The position numbers and the translations under genes are program-made. 64,000 nt of DNA from Squalus acanthias (Eukaryota): the NCBI GenBank assembly GCA_030390025.1, contig CM059431.1, forward strand, positions 105,340,001 to 105,404,000. Reading direction: 5' to 3'. A model generated the notes under the pieces. It had not been told where the DNA came from and did no database searches. It was given only the letters and a program-made list of their open reading frames with translations. Each line of letters opens with the position of its first letter. Position 1 is the stretch's first letter. Of this stretch, positions 48,381 to 61,409 are shown piece after piece.

Positions 48381-50509
48381 TTATCTAAATTCTTTAACAC
48401 ATATATACAACAGTACCCTCTTTACAGTGCCTTTTCCTAATCTACTGCTTCTACATAGTGTCTCCCCAATGGCTGCAGCAGGGCTGGTGGAAGGCTGCTG
48501 AGTGTCAGTGCCAGAAACTACAGATGGCCTTGCAGGATGCCCTCGACCAACTCTGGGCCTGGGAGGCCCGGCTGTAGACTGCACCACCTCAGCATGGGTG
48601 GCGGCAGTCTGGCCTGGCTGGATGACAGGCAGCGACAAGTGCAATGGCGGAGTGGCAGTGGTGGGATCAGGAATGCTGTCATCCTGAGAGAGGTCAGCAG
48701 GTTCCTGCTCCATTGACCCACTCCCACTCCCCCGGGGCAGCACCTCAGCATCCCTACCAATCTGCTGCAGCACAGATTGGTGGCCTGCTGTGACACCATG
48801 AGATCCCGGTGGACTATGGTGGGCCCAGCGACGATGACAGTAGTCAGATCTTTCGTGGCATCCAGTTGAGACTGCATGAGAGCAGTCTGAGATTCAATGC
48901 CACCAACCATTGACTGCATTACAGCACTAAGACGTTGCGGGGCATCCAGCTGAGACTGCATGAGAGCAGTCTGAGACTCGATGGCAGCAACCATTGTCTG
49001 CATTACAGCACTAAGACATTGTGGGGCATCCAGCTGAGACTGCATGAGAGCAGTCTGAGATTCAATGCCACCAACCATTGACTGCATTACAGCACTAAGA
49101 CATTGCGGGGCATCCAGCTGAGACTGCATGAGAGCAGTCTGAGACTCGATGGCAGCAACCATTGTCTGCATTACAGCACTAAGATGTTGCGTGGCTTCCG
49201 CCTGTGCTGCAATGGAAGCTGCCACATCACCCATGACACATGTCATGAGGTTTGGATCCGCACGGTCTCTCTGGGCGTCCAGCATTCTCTGCAGAGTGGA
49301 AATGATGGACTCCATGGTGTGCACAGAGTCTTGTGCAATGTTGGAGACGGACTCCTCCACGCTCCTTACCATTGCCAAGAGGCTCTCGGGCACCCTTGCC
49401 ATTGCACCTATCATCTCGGAGTGCATGCCCATCACCCTTCTTGTGAACGCCTCCCCATCGTGGTCGTCATCTGAGTCGTGTGCAGCAGAACTCGCCCTCC
49501 GGTGAGCTGGCTCCCAAGCTACCCTTTCCCCTTGGCCTTGCTGCAGCCCGCTCGTCCCTGGTGTATCACCCAATGCAGACCCCTCTACTAAACTTGCCTC
49601 TAAAGATCGCCGAGTGCCAGGATCTGAGCTGTTGCCTGCGGGTGAGAGATGCAGTGACGTGGTGCTTTGCTCCTCCTCCTCTTCTCCTTCCTCACTCTCA
49701 GTGGGAGGCTCAGGGACAGGCTGGTCAGCTGGTTGCTGATTCTCTGAAAGCCACAAGACCCGCGTTAAGGTGAGGGCAGGGGGGCAGGAATGGAGCAAGG
49801 AATGCAGACAGTATCAGGAGCTGGAAATTGAGAAAGGATTGTGGTGTGAGGGGGAAGTGGGATGAGAGAAGGAGAGGGGATTAACATACGGTTGTTGCCC
49901 TCAAGGGGGTCGACGTTGCCAATGGCCATGGCGCCCACCACCTGCTGCCCAATGAGTCGCAGCACTCGCTCCTCAAGGTCTGAGAGCTGCTGGAGCTGCG
50001 CATCACCCCCGCCTGTTCTCTGCTGCTCCCTCCTATTGGGGGCCATCTTGGCCTGCAAGAGAAACGAATGTGTGTGAGTCAGAGCCCAGCTATGTGTTTG
50101 GGAGATATGCCTGCTGTAGTTGAATAGCTGTGATTGTAGGCACGGCATGAGATGTGGATGTGAGTTTGAGTGGGTGCAGATGCTTGGTGAGTGAGTGGTG
50201 GGGGTGTGGTGGATTGTGCAGTGTGTACAGACTGAGGTTCGGATGCTGGTAGGACCTGTTGAAGCACATACTCACCCTGACCACCCGAGTGAGGTCGTTG
50301 AATTACTTCCGTCAGTGTGTCAGGCTGCGTTCCACCATACTACTGGCTGAGACCTCCTGGGCCACTTCCTTCCACATTGCCCTGAAGACCTGGGGCAATG
50401 GCTTCCTTCCAGTGTCCGGGAATAGCACTGCCCTCCTTTGCTCCCCTCCCGTGACCAATGCCTCGTCAATGAAATGACGAGCTCTCTGCTTGGGAGTGGG
50501 AGCAGCCAT
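48381..50509 (-). pseudogene. Harbinger Myb/SANT-like DNA-binding protein gene, three exons
   Basis: RARHF...RRAVLF...MWKEVAQEV..R..RK.FNDL (with stops); GT-AG introns 50275-50053 and 49889-49744 keep the frame; RTGGG motif in exon 2. Confidence 0.8.
48857..49192 (-). repeat. 4 x 84-bp coding tandem repeat (28 aa, alternating A/B units)
   Basis: GGCATCCAG recurs at 48857, 48941, 49025 and 49109. Confidence 0.92.
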
Positions 50510-51369
50510 CACGATCAGGGGATTGAGTTGGTTGCAGGTTGTCTTCACACCCAGGAATGCTGATAATGAGCATTTGCACAATGATGCAACCTCCCCTTTA
50601 AGAGCTGGAAGGAGTCACTGTGAAGGATCATTACCGATTGCATAGCACCCAAAATTCATTATCGCTCTGCTGGTAGCGCCAGTGTAGAGCCCTGCTTAGG
50701 TCATTAGCGCTTGATTTAGCATTCCAGGTCTTTCCTGGAGCGCTAACAACCAATTTACAGAAACCTATCAATCATTAGCGCCTGGCACTAATTTTTCAAA
50801 AGTTACGGGGCGCTACCGAATTTCTAGCCCCTAAGAAAGGATGTGCTTGCCTTAGAGGGTGTGCAACAAAGGTTATTAGATTGATTCCTGGGATGAGAGG
50901 GCTGTCCTATGAGGAACTGAGTAGAATGGGCCTATATTCTCTGGGGTTTAGAAGAATGAGAGTTGATCTCACTAAAACGTATAAAATTCTTAGAGATCTT
51001 GACAGGGTAGATGCTGAGAGGCTATTTCCCCTGGCTGGAGTGTCTAGAACTAGGGGTCATAGTTTTAGGATAATGGGTTCGCCATTTAGGACTGAGATGA
51101 GGAGAAATTTGTTCACTCAGAGGTTGTGAATCTTTGGAATTCTCTACCCCAGAGGGCTGTGGATGCTCAGTCAAGGGGTATATTCAAGACGGAGATTGAT
51201 AAAGGGATTCAAGGGATATGGAGATCGGGCGGGGAAGTGGAGCAGATGTAAAAGTTCAGCCATGATGTTCTTGAATGGCGGAGCAGTCTCGAGGGGCCGT
51301 ATGTCCTACTCCTGATCCTGTTTTTATGTTCTTATAGATGTGGATTCAATTTTCACATTGCTACCATCT

Positions 51370-52600
51370 TGTGACCAATGTTCCTGCTAATTTTGTTTTG
51401 GGTGCACGGCCCCTTTAAGGGGTTACATGGCCCATTCAAAATAACACGCCTGCGGGGTTTTTCACACTGAAAGGCTGTGAAGCAATAAGCCATATACCTA
51501 TTCAGAAAAATACACCATTCTATGAAAGAATTCTGGCCTTATTAAAACATGACAAACTAGGGTCTGGAAATCTGGAAGCCTCGACAATCTAAAACTGTTA
51601 CAGCATTCTGGTAATAGAGATAAGATAAGTTGTTGACACTGAATCAATAACCTTATTGAAACAGGAGGTTGGAGGCTCCTGACGGTCTGAATCTTTGGAA
51701 AGAAGACAATGGTGCATCCTGGTTAAGGTGTTCTAAGTTACACTTCGTAAACAGGCACATAAAATTAAGAAACATATGCCTTCGTAAAAATGACATCAAG
51801 TAAAAGAAACACCTTCCGTCACACCGTTTTTGTGATAAGCTTAGAACACCTACAGAGGAGAGACATAATACTGTGTTACAACCAGCTGAAGTGACTAAGA
51901 ATTGCATAGATCACCCTGGTTGAGGTGTTTTAATTTTCACTTCGTAAAAAGACACAAACAGAAGACCTTGGTAAAAATGACATCAAATAGATGCACTTAC
52001 TGTTACACCATTTTTTATGGTGGGCTTGGGACACCTGGGGTAGAGACATCATTCTGCATTGCTACCAGCTGAGGTGACTGTAAGAATAGCAGGGGTCAGC
52101 AGAAAAATGACTAGAGATAATTAGCTTACATCAGCAGAAAACTTCAAAGGAAATACCACTGAAAAAGAATATAAATATTGAACTTTCAAATGGGATGATA
52201 GATTTGCTGTAAAGGGGCAAAGAGATTCTCAGGCTTCAGAGGCGGCTCTGTAAGTCTATAACTCTTTGTATCTCGGGGATCAAGGTATTGTATTTGATTT
52301 TGGTGGATATTCTGAATAAGACTAGGAACTGTAAAACTGAAGCGAAGTTAGGATTTGAGAATAAGGATCTCTGATAATAAGATTGTAAAAGCTTTCTGTT
52401 TTTGGAACTGTTAATGTTGCGATTCAATCACCAACTGTAAACTGCATGTCGGTTCTTTAATAAATCTATATATTTTTAGAATTGTCTCACATAATACTTC
52501 TGTATCAAACTCGCAAACTCAATCTCCGTACACTCTTTGGTGAGGAGTTGCAGAATTCTGGGGGAGTTTTCCAGACCCTCATAATATCCGGCAGGTTACA
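51370..52600 (+). mobile_element. Possible old solo LTR (1231 bp)
   Basis: Termini TGTGACC...GGTTACA; flanks ATCT/GTCT; diverged ~197-bp internal duplication, then TATAAA (~52170) and AATAAA (~52459). Confidence 0.4.
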
Positions 52601-53076
52601 GTCTAGCTAAACTTATTAAAAGTGCTATCTGGAGGGTGCTAACATTTTCAGGTTGTTCCTTTCCTTTAGGGAGAGATGGTCCAGACCTTTAGACCCAATT
52701 AAGCATCTTTAGGATTCGGCTACCTCAAACTTTAGTTGAAAGTGAACGCCTGGGGAATACGCCTGATCTGGGGTAGCCCTAAAGGGGCTAGGACTAGTAA
52801 ATATCCCTTCAAGGCCAGCGAGCCGACTGCGCGGGAAGTCCAGAGAGTGTAAAGGAGACATTGCTCATGACCTAACCAAACTTGTTTTGCGCATTTTTTC
52901 TGCTTTGGAATAGGGGGAAAGGGGGAAAGGGGAGTCCGGGAAAATCGCTAGTGAAAGTAAGTAATGTGTTCAGGAGTCAGCGGCCAAGAATGAGGCAAAT
53001 TCGCAACCGCGAATTACAGCAAAGACTGCAAATACTTATTGTGTTGCCAACAATGATCAAATACAACGCAGCATAG

Positions 53077-53425
53077 ATGCACTGCAGCAACACGCCAAGG
53101 TCTATTCGGCAGCACCTCCCAAACCCGCGACCTCTTCCACCTAGAAGGACAAGGGCAGCAGGCGCATGGGAACACCAACACCTCCAAGTTCCGCTCCAAG
53201 TCACACACCATCCCGACTTGGAAATACATCGCCCGTTTCTTCATCGTCGCTGGGTCAAAATCCTGGAACTCTCTCCCTAACAGCACTGTGGGAGCACCTT
53301 CACCACACGGACTGCAGCGGTTCAAAAAGGCGGCTCACCACCACCTTCTCGAGGGCAATTAGGTATGGGTAATAAATGCTGGCCTTGCCAGCGACGCCCA
53401 GATCCCATCAATGAGTAAAAAAAAA
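53077..53425 (+). mobile_element. LINE 3' end, second family
   Basis: Homologous to 30260-30600; A-rich tail. Confidence 0.82.
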
Positions 53426-54162
53426 TACAGAAGGAATGATCAGAGTCTCGCGCAGCACTCCCAAAACTAAAGTAAAGCCATTCCTATTGCAAAGTAACTT
53501 ACCACATCTATTGCTGACGCAAGTCTGCCGAAGGTGTAGTTGATGTTTTTTTGCTCAGTTTGATTTCTTGTCTTATGCATGTCTTCCTCCGGCACCTATA
53601 AGATGAAACATGAGATTTCAAAAGACCGTAACATCATGCTGTTTATTTTTATAGTGAAAAGGGTAACAAAAATGTTTATCAAATGGCATCAATTTTCAAC
53701 AACTACTTTCCATGTACCTGAGCCAGATAACTGCAAGCAGGATACCAGAACTGAAAGGTTATAACTATCAGGAAAGACTGAACAGGCTGAGGATCTTTAC
53801 TCTAGAAATAAGAAGGCTGAGTGGTGCCCTGATAGAAGTTTTGAAAATTATGAAGGGGCCTGTGCTGGTTCTTTGAATGAGCAAGCCAATTAGTTTCACC
53901 CCCCGGCCCTTTCCCCATCATGCTGAACATTTTTCCTTTTCATGTATTTATCCGTTTCCCTTGTGAAAGTTACTATTGAATCTGCTCCCACCGCCCTTTC
54001 CGACAGTGCATTCCAGATCACAACAACGTGCTGTGTGAAAAAGTTAGGTAAAAAGGCGATTGGCTCATTTAAATGAATCATAATGTTACCATCTTAAGCT
54101 GAGCTGACACCATCAACAACCCTTTCAAAATGATAGAGGTGTAATTAGGTTACCAGAGCACT

Positions 54163-54600
54163 GATGAGACGTTAAACCAAAACCCTGTCTGCTCTCTCAA
54201 GTGGACGTAAAAGATCCCATGGCACTATTTTGAAGACTATTTCCGAAAGCTTGTGATTTCAAATAAAACTGTTGGACTATAACCTGGTGTTGTGCGACCT
54301 CTCAATTTTGTCCACCCCAGTCCAACACCGGCATCTCCGCATCATGACCACTATTTTGAAGAGCAGGGGAGTTCTCTCCTGGCCAATATTTATCCCTCAA
54401 TCAGCATCACTAAAACGGATTATCTGGTCATTATCACACTGCTGTTTGTGGGACCTTGCTGTTTGGATATTGGCTGCTGCGTTTCCTACATTACAACAAT
54501 GACTACACTCCAAAAGTACTTCATTGGTTGTAAAGCGCTTTGGGACATCCTGGGGTCATGAAAGGCGCTGTAGAAATTCAAGTCTTTTGTTTTCTTTTTG
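54163..54600 (+). mobile_element. Deu-SINE with a Penelope-like insertion (54237-54348)
   Basis: 14-bp duplication CACTATTTTGAAGA at 54223-54236 and 54349-54362. Confidence 0.8.
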
Positions 54601-55293
54601 AGTACCCATGATTTCTATGCAAATAAAGCATACAGAGTGGATAGGACATAAGTGTTTGCCTCTCAGAACCTCCAATTTAAGGCACTCTGTCAATAAAGGA
54701 GTGTTATAGACAACAACCTCTTCGGGCTGTCACTGTGTAGCCACTTACTTTGAGATCAATGGAGCAGGAAAACTCTTCAGTTTCACTTATCCGCACACAC
54801 AAATTTGTTGCACATGACATCAGAACAGAAAGCACCTCTCTTTATTGACGAGGAAATCTAACTGATCAAGAGACAGGTAAGACTAACCGGTCACAGATGA
54901 GAGAATGGGGAACAAGGGGACGGAGATTGAGGATTCGATTCATAATTAGCACGTCCTTTCGAAAGCAACACGATTTCAGAACCCACTCAAATCTCTTCCT
55001 GTAATGTGGCGGATATATCTGTTCTCCTTGGCATTAGGAAGGGGAAGCATACGGTGTTTGGTTCCGTTTTACCAGCAGCCACAGACTCATTGCTATGTAA
55101 TGTTGTTGTCAAATAATTGGCAAGTCAAACTGACCATGTTGCAGGTCATGCACTGGGGTAAACTTGGATTTATTGAAGGTTTGGTTCTAGGTTGCATTCA
55201 AGTTAGGTTCTAGCAATTGTTGGATTACAGATTGCCTTCCGCCTATCCACAGAGATTCCCGATGCACGGAGAAGCGGTGAGTTTTCGGCACTT

Positions 55294-55760
55294 GTCAGCT
55301 GTGGCTCAGTGGGTAGCACACTTACCTCTGGCTCAGAAGGTTGTGGGTTCAAGTCCCACTCCAGGGACTTGAGCACATAAATCTAGGCTGACACTCCAGT
55401 GCAGTGCTGAGGGAGTGCTGCACTGTCGGAGGTGCCGTCTTTCGGATGAAACGTTAAACCGAGGCCCCGTCTGCTCTTTCAGGTGGATGTAAAAGATCCC
55501 ATGGCACTATTTCGAAGAAGAGCAGGGGAGTTATCCCCAGTGTCCTGGCCAATGTTTATCCCTCAATCAACATATCAAAAACAGATTATCTGGTCATTAT
55601 CACATTGCTGTTTGTGGGAGCTTGCTGTGCACAAAATGGCTGCCGCGTTTCTCACATATTTCAACAGTGACTACACTTCAAAAGTACTTCATTGGCTGTA
55701 AAGCGCTTTGAGACATCCGGTGGTCGTGAAAGGTGCTACATAAATGTAAGTCATTCTTTA
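55294..55760 (+). mobile_element. Full-length Deu-domain tRNA-SINE
   Basis: A box TGGCTCAGTGG, B box GGTTCAAGTCC, Deu core, LINE-like tail. Confidence 0.88.
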
Positions 55761-58054
55761 CTGTATCATGTTTGGGGTACTTTCCCAGGTGAATATTTCC
55801 AGATTTCCCCTTCATTTTATATTTGCATAGCATGCAAACAATTCATTGATCTTTGAGTATGTTCACAGGTGAAGTCTTGCTCTATCTTTACAATTCTTGT
55901 TACCAGGCCTAGTTTCAACTAAGCATTCTTACCAAGAATCGCTTTCATGTCATGGTTTACCACTTGGGATTTTGAATCATATTTGGGTGGCAGCTAATTT
56001 CTTTCATCCATCTGGTCTGACTCTGTGTTTGGCAAAGGACACAGGTTTGATAGACATTGCCTCTAATGATGTGCTGCACTTTGATGCGCTGTTTCAGTAT
56101 TACGACAGTTGCTTGTGCACGAATGTCCAGGTGAAAGCTGGTTTTAGTGTGACAGGCCATGACAATCAACATAATCATCATTATCTTCCAGTGCTGCTAT
56201 TTCCAACCCCAAAAAACGAATGTAAAATTGATGCACAGATCATTCTTTTTTTTGGTCGTAATCATTTTCTAGGTCGGGTGTTATTTTCTTTCAGTATATT
56301 GAGCCTCAAATAAGCTACAATTGTGAAATATCTTTTGGCATTTACAGCTGGGCAGCTCTCCCTGTTGTTGCCAACAGCCAACTGGACTTATGACAATTCT
56401 TTTGCGCTTGAAATTGTATCTCCTCTTGTCTGTGTGCTTGATCGAGGCTGTGCATACTGCAGTTTGCACTGATCACAGAGCATCGTCTGCTCGGAGCAAT
56501 GATATTTGCTGCTTTCATTCAATCCTTTCATAAATCACATTTTTTCTTGATGGCGAAGCGTTCATCAAACTCACCCATCGGGGTGTCACCCTTCTTACTT
56601 TGCGAGTACACGCTCTGCTCTATCTCCCACACTTGTCTGATTTCCACTTCACCTGCTCGCCCCGACGGGATACCATGGAATTCCCCTTTGCTTTTCCAGC
56701 TCAGCCATTTCCTCAAAGCGGGAAAATTATACGACCTATCACGATATCAGCTTCTGCCTTGTTGAGTTTTGCTCGACACTTAACTCATGTTTCAGAACGT
56801 CGCAGCAGTATTCACCGACAGCACGCTTGGCTTTCCCTCCCTTGCTTGTGGCTCGCGTTGGCTTCTGTTTATTTTTTTCTCTTGCTCACTGAAAACCCTT
56901 TAACAGCTTAGATTAGGCTGCATTTAGCGACACCGCAATTCCTGGACAGAATGGGGATGTTTGGGTAATTCCCCTGTCAATCGCTGCTGTCGGTGACTGG
57001 GATTGATTTTACGCACATAATTTGTATTCCGCAACCATCCTCCACTCACTGCATTTTGCTGGAGAAATAATCCTGCTTTATTCAGGAGACAGTGCTGTAG
57101 TTTTGGTCATGAGTTCTGTTTGCTGTAGTTCGCAGAGACTCCTTTTAAATAGACTCTGTTTGCTGTAAAATAGACTCTGCCGTGAGTCCTGCCGTACGTC
57201 CCGCCCAACCTCTGACTCATTGGCTGACACAGTGCAACTCGTTAGACATTCTGCTTAGATTAACAGTTTCCATTTGTTTTTAGTCGATACAATGCCATTT
57301 CTAACATCATGTAAAGTTGTTGGGTTTTGGTGATCCACACAAACATTATTGATTCCATGCAGCAACAGGAAGTATTTTACTTTACTCACAGAGAATACTA
57401 ATTAACAAAAATACAGATAAAAGTAATGGATCACAGAGACATACATTTTTACAGATAGATCCATTGCAAGAGACCGATTCCTTTCATTTCAGGCCTTCAC
57501 CTTCCAATGGGCTTTGATTAGGAGTGGCAGCAACAGCTAATGTAAACAGGTGGGAGTAATATTTCAAAGGTCGTGGGGTCACTATTTGAGTGCTGCTCCC
57601 CTGGACCACTGTTAGACTATAAAGTTGTTTTTATATTCCTTTCTCCCTCATTAAGTACATGAGGGAGAAAGGAATAGAAGGTTATGCTGATGGGGTGAGA
57701 TGAAGTAGGGTGGGAGGAGGCTCGTGTGGAGCATAAACACCGGCACGGACCAGTTGGGCCGAATGGCCTGTTTCTGTGCTGTACATTCGATGTAATTTTA
57801 AATCTGACTCCTTGAAACCAGTTCTTGTGAGCTGGCACCCAATGTGTACACTGTTAAATCCTCCTGGATCCAGTTTTTTTAATATCCTTATGAGTGTTTA
57901 TGGCCCCGATATTTACTCGGGGCCGTGAATAGAGCGAGGGAGGATTTCCGGATGGGAAATCCAGAAGTACGGTATTCCCGGATGTCTTTTGAATTTTTTC
58001 AGTTGCTTTTTCTGCTTGGCAGTCAGCCTGATTGACAGGAGATTGCGAGGGGGC

Positions 58055-58160
58055 GTCGGAGATCGTGGAGGGGTCAGAGATCGGGGTGGATGAGTCGGAG
58101 ATCGTAGAGGGGTCAGAGATCGGGGTGGAGGAGTCGGAGATCATGGAGGGGTCAGAGATC
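58055..58160. repeat. ~39-bp minisatellite (~2.7 copies) within a MITE-like fragment
   Basis: Unit GTCGGAGATCGTGGAGGGGTCAGAGATCGGGGTGGATGA. Confidence 0.8.
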
Positions 58161-58283
58161 ACTGGGGGGAGTTGGAGATCGTGGGGGGAGGGTATAGAGG
58201 TCAGCTTGTCAGGCTTGGAGGAAACAGTCTTGCTCCTCCTGGCCAATAAGCATTGCTGTAAATGTACTTACCTCATGGAAACT

Positions 58284-58665
58284 GTGGCATAGTGGTTAGG
58301 GTACTGGACTAGTAATCCAATAGGCCTGGACTAATGATCCAGAGACATGAATTCAAATCCCACCATGACAACTGGGGAATTTAAATTCAGTTAAGTAAAA
58401 AAAAATCTGAAATAGAAAGCTAGTATCAGTAATGGTGACCATGAAACTACCGGATTGTCGTAAAAACCCATCTGGTTCACTAATGTCCTTCAGGAGAAGG
58501 AAATCTACTGGCCTATATGTGATTCCAGACCCACAGCAACATGGTTGCATCTGAAATGGCCCAGCAAGCCACTCAGTTGTATAAGGTGGATCACCACCTT
58601 CTCAAGGGCAATGAGGAATGGGCAATAAATGCTGGCATGGGATGCCCACATCCCGTGAATGAATT
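58284..58665 (+). mobile_element. tRNA-derived SINE (second family) with LINE-derived tail
   Basis: A box TGGCATAGTGG, B-box-like GAATTCAAATCC; tail CACCACCTTCTCAAGGGCAAT...GGGCAATAAATGCTGGC shared with the LINE at 53077-53425. Confidence 0.7.
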
Positions 58666-59045
58666 TTTTAAAAAGGATCCAGCCCTTCTCGTCTCCTTTT
58701 ACCTGCCGGGATTCCTGAGTTCAGGGAAACCCGGCCAACGTTAGTTAAAAATAAAATACCTGCTAAAATGGAGGCGCCCAACCTCCTTAAAACAAGACTA
58801 CAAGTTGAGTAATCTTCGGTGCGTGGGAACCATGTAGCTGCAAGGGTCCCAAGCGCGCTGGGAGGCCCTATTTACAATGGCGGTCAAAGGACTTTCATTC
58901 TTCTGAAAGCCATCAAGAGCATCTGCTGCAACTTTCTCAGGTTAACCTTCGCTGATGTTTTGCCTGAAGTCCAGGTTGTTCTAAAAATTTCATCTTTCTG
59001 TGAAAATGTAACACCAACATTGAGAACAGTACCCTCACAGGTCCT

Positions 59046-59770
59046 GGGGGGTAAAATTGAGTTGCGCCCCCTTTGGGGCGCTAACTTCGCCGGGGCATGA
59101 CGTTTAGCGCCCTGAAGAAATTAGCGACCCCGTGGCCGAAATTCATCAGTAGCGCCCCAAGAGGGAAGCGGGGTGCTACTGGAAGCGCCCCGCCTCCCTC
59201 TTGGGGCGCTGCGAGGGAATATCACGGCGCTACGTGCCGCAGTACTGCAGGCCTTCCTCCCCTTCTTAAAGGGGAGGGGCCTTAAGCAGCGCGACCCGGG
59301 GCCCAGCTGAGCCACCAGGGATCGGAGTGCCGGCAAAAGAGCCCGGCACTCAAGAGAAGTGCCGGGCTCACGGAGCGCAGCCGGCACTCCGTGGGGGGAG
59401 GCTTCAGAGGAGGCCAAGGAGGGCAGAGGGGGCAGGTGCTGGCAGGCGGCCAGCAACAAAATGGCCGCCCGGCACCTTCCCTTTAAATTGCACTTCCCCG
59501 GCCGCAGGTAGGCCCCCCGACCCCGTCGGACATAGTGTCTGGCGGTAGGTCAGGGGACGCTACCGAAGATTGCGGCCGGGGCGTGAGCGGGGCGCTGCGC
59601 ACGGCGATGACGTCATTGCTGGTGGCGCAGCGCCGCAGGGCGCTAACGGTTACTGCCGCCGCTAACCTCCCGCTGAATTTCGTGGGAGGCGTTGGCGGCG
59701 CCGCGCCCGGGCGCTAGTTGCTTTGCGCCCCTCTTAGGGCGCTAATGGGAGGCGTAAAGCAACCGACCTT
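59046..59770. mobile_element. Harbinger-type MITE related to 24751-25643, opposite orientation, one end eroded
   Basis: Starts GGGGGGTAAAATTG; right end resembles the reverse complement of 24765-24810. Confidence 0.65.
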
Positions 59771-59944
59771 TTAGGCACTGATTCTTGCTGCACAAAATAG
59801 AGACTTACACTTTAGAGGACAGTCTGGAAGTGCCGATTGTATGGAAAGGAAAATGAAAGTATCAATATTGCACCTTATCACATCCCATTAGAAATAATAA
59901 TGAGATGAAATGACCCATGGGTTTCTTTTGGGTGCTGTGGGTTG

Positions 59945-60177
59945 GCGGAATCACTTGGCCATGACAACGCTCTCCTCCTCTTCAAATAATGCAATGTGAT
60001 CTTTTATCCGCACCTGAATGGATAGGCAGGGCCTCGGTCTCAGACAATGCAGCTCTCCCTCAGTACTGCACTGAATAACAGCGTCGGGTGTGTGTGTGCA
60101 GGTCCTAAGGTGGAACTGGAAGCTACAAGCTTCTGATTCGGAGATGAGCATGTGACCGACTGAGCCACGGCTGACAC
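59945..60177 (-). mobile_element. Deu-SINE 5' half (diverged)
   Basis: CTGAGCCACGGCTGACA is the reverse-complemented head. Confidence 0.7.
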
Positions 60178-61409
60178 TTGTTGAAAAGTTTTGACGGTGG
60201 CTGACAAGGGAAGAAAAAAATACAATGAATTAAACGATAATGAAATGTCGCTGTATGGTGCTTATATTTTTAACTTGTTTGGGCTCAAAGCACGCAGCTG
60301 CAATTTGCCAATCGTTCTTTTTTATTTCCACACCGAACAAGGAGAACAGTATGCAAATATAGAGAATAATTGGTGGCAACTTGTAGCTGAACTTAGACAA
60401 GTTAAAAATAAAAACAGACAGCAGCATCTATTATCGTTCAGGGGAAGTTTTTCCTTTCCTTGTCACTCATCGTAAGAACCCAAACTGAAATATTCACTGC
60501 CGCATTAATAAAAATGTGTCAATGCTTTCAGCTACCTGTACCATTGCTACTGCAGAGGTCAATCGCTTAATAAAATAGCCCTAATAAATTAATAGGTTTT
60601 GTGGAAAAACAGGTTCTTTGTTTAATTGAACACCTCTGTAAAATATCTTATCCACTCTGCAATGCACAATTTGAAGCATTAACTATATACACAGGGAAAC
60701 GTGCAAAGTTGAATCGAAATAATTACTGGTAAAGTATGATTTTGACATGTGGAACATATATAAAGTCAAATTATCTTTCAGATTTCATGCTTGCGATGAG
60801 CATCGATGAATCAATTGGATTTTAGAAGTGACTAATCCTGCAATAAAATGTAATTCCTCAGCAATGTGAGGAATCATCTTTAAAATCTTCACAGAAATTC
60901 TGCACACACTGAGCCCAATCTTCAAATAGTTGCTGTGGCAATGCTGTTCCTGCCCGGCAGTCTCGACAGATGACAGCAGTATGTAGTTTTTATGCAAAAA
61001 GCACAAAATAGCTGTTCTCAATACTTTCACAGGGTGCCAGCAACAGCACAAAGGCATTGAGGCTGAATATTAATGATTGTGTGCACTGCCTGCTAAGTAA
61101 TGATGCTAAATAGCACAAGTTAATGGCTGACGCACTGAATCAACAGCTTTTACCAATTGTCAGAGGAACTTAACAAGTCTTTTCATTGTTTATGTTTCAT
61201 CTCCGCGGACTTAAAACAAATATGAGTGTAAAACGAAACAGCTATGAATTGTCACCAACATGATGCGAGTTTGCAACAGCGAATCCCAGACATCAGTTGT
61301 CCTTCCTGATTCAAGCTATGGTCCTGACATAGCAAGTCTCAACTTCCACTGTGGTGGGGCAGGACTTCCATCCGACGCTGACCCCACCAGAAATCACGTT
61401 CAATTTATA

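Larger units (their letters stand above)
46609..50831. mobile_element. Full-length-type PIF/Harbinger DNA transposon (two convergent genes, decayed) inserted in a CR1 fragment
   Basis: 16-bp perfect TIR GGGGCTAGAAATTCGG / CCGAATTTCTAGCCCC; CR1 sequence 46515-46608 resumes at 50832-51335. Confidence 0.92.

Noticed and set aside
48857..49192. CRISPR-like array
   Set aside because: Contiguous coding repeats without unique spacers; eukaryotic context, no cas genes
55294..55375. tRNA genes at SINE heads
   Set aside because: A/B boxes run into SINE bodies with no intact acceptor stem
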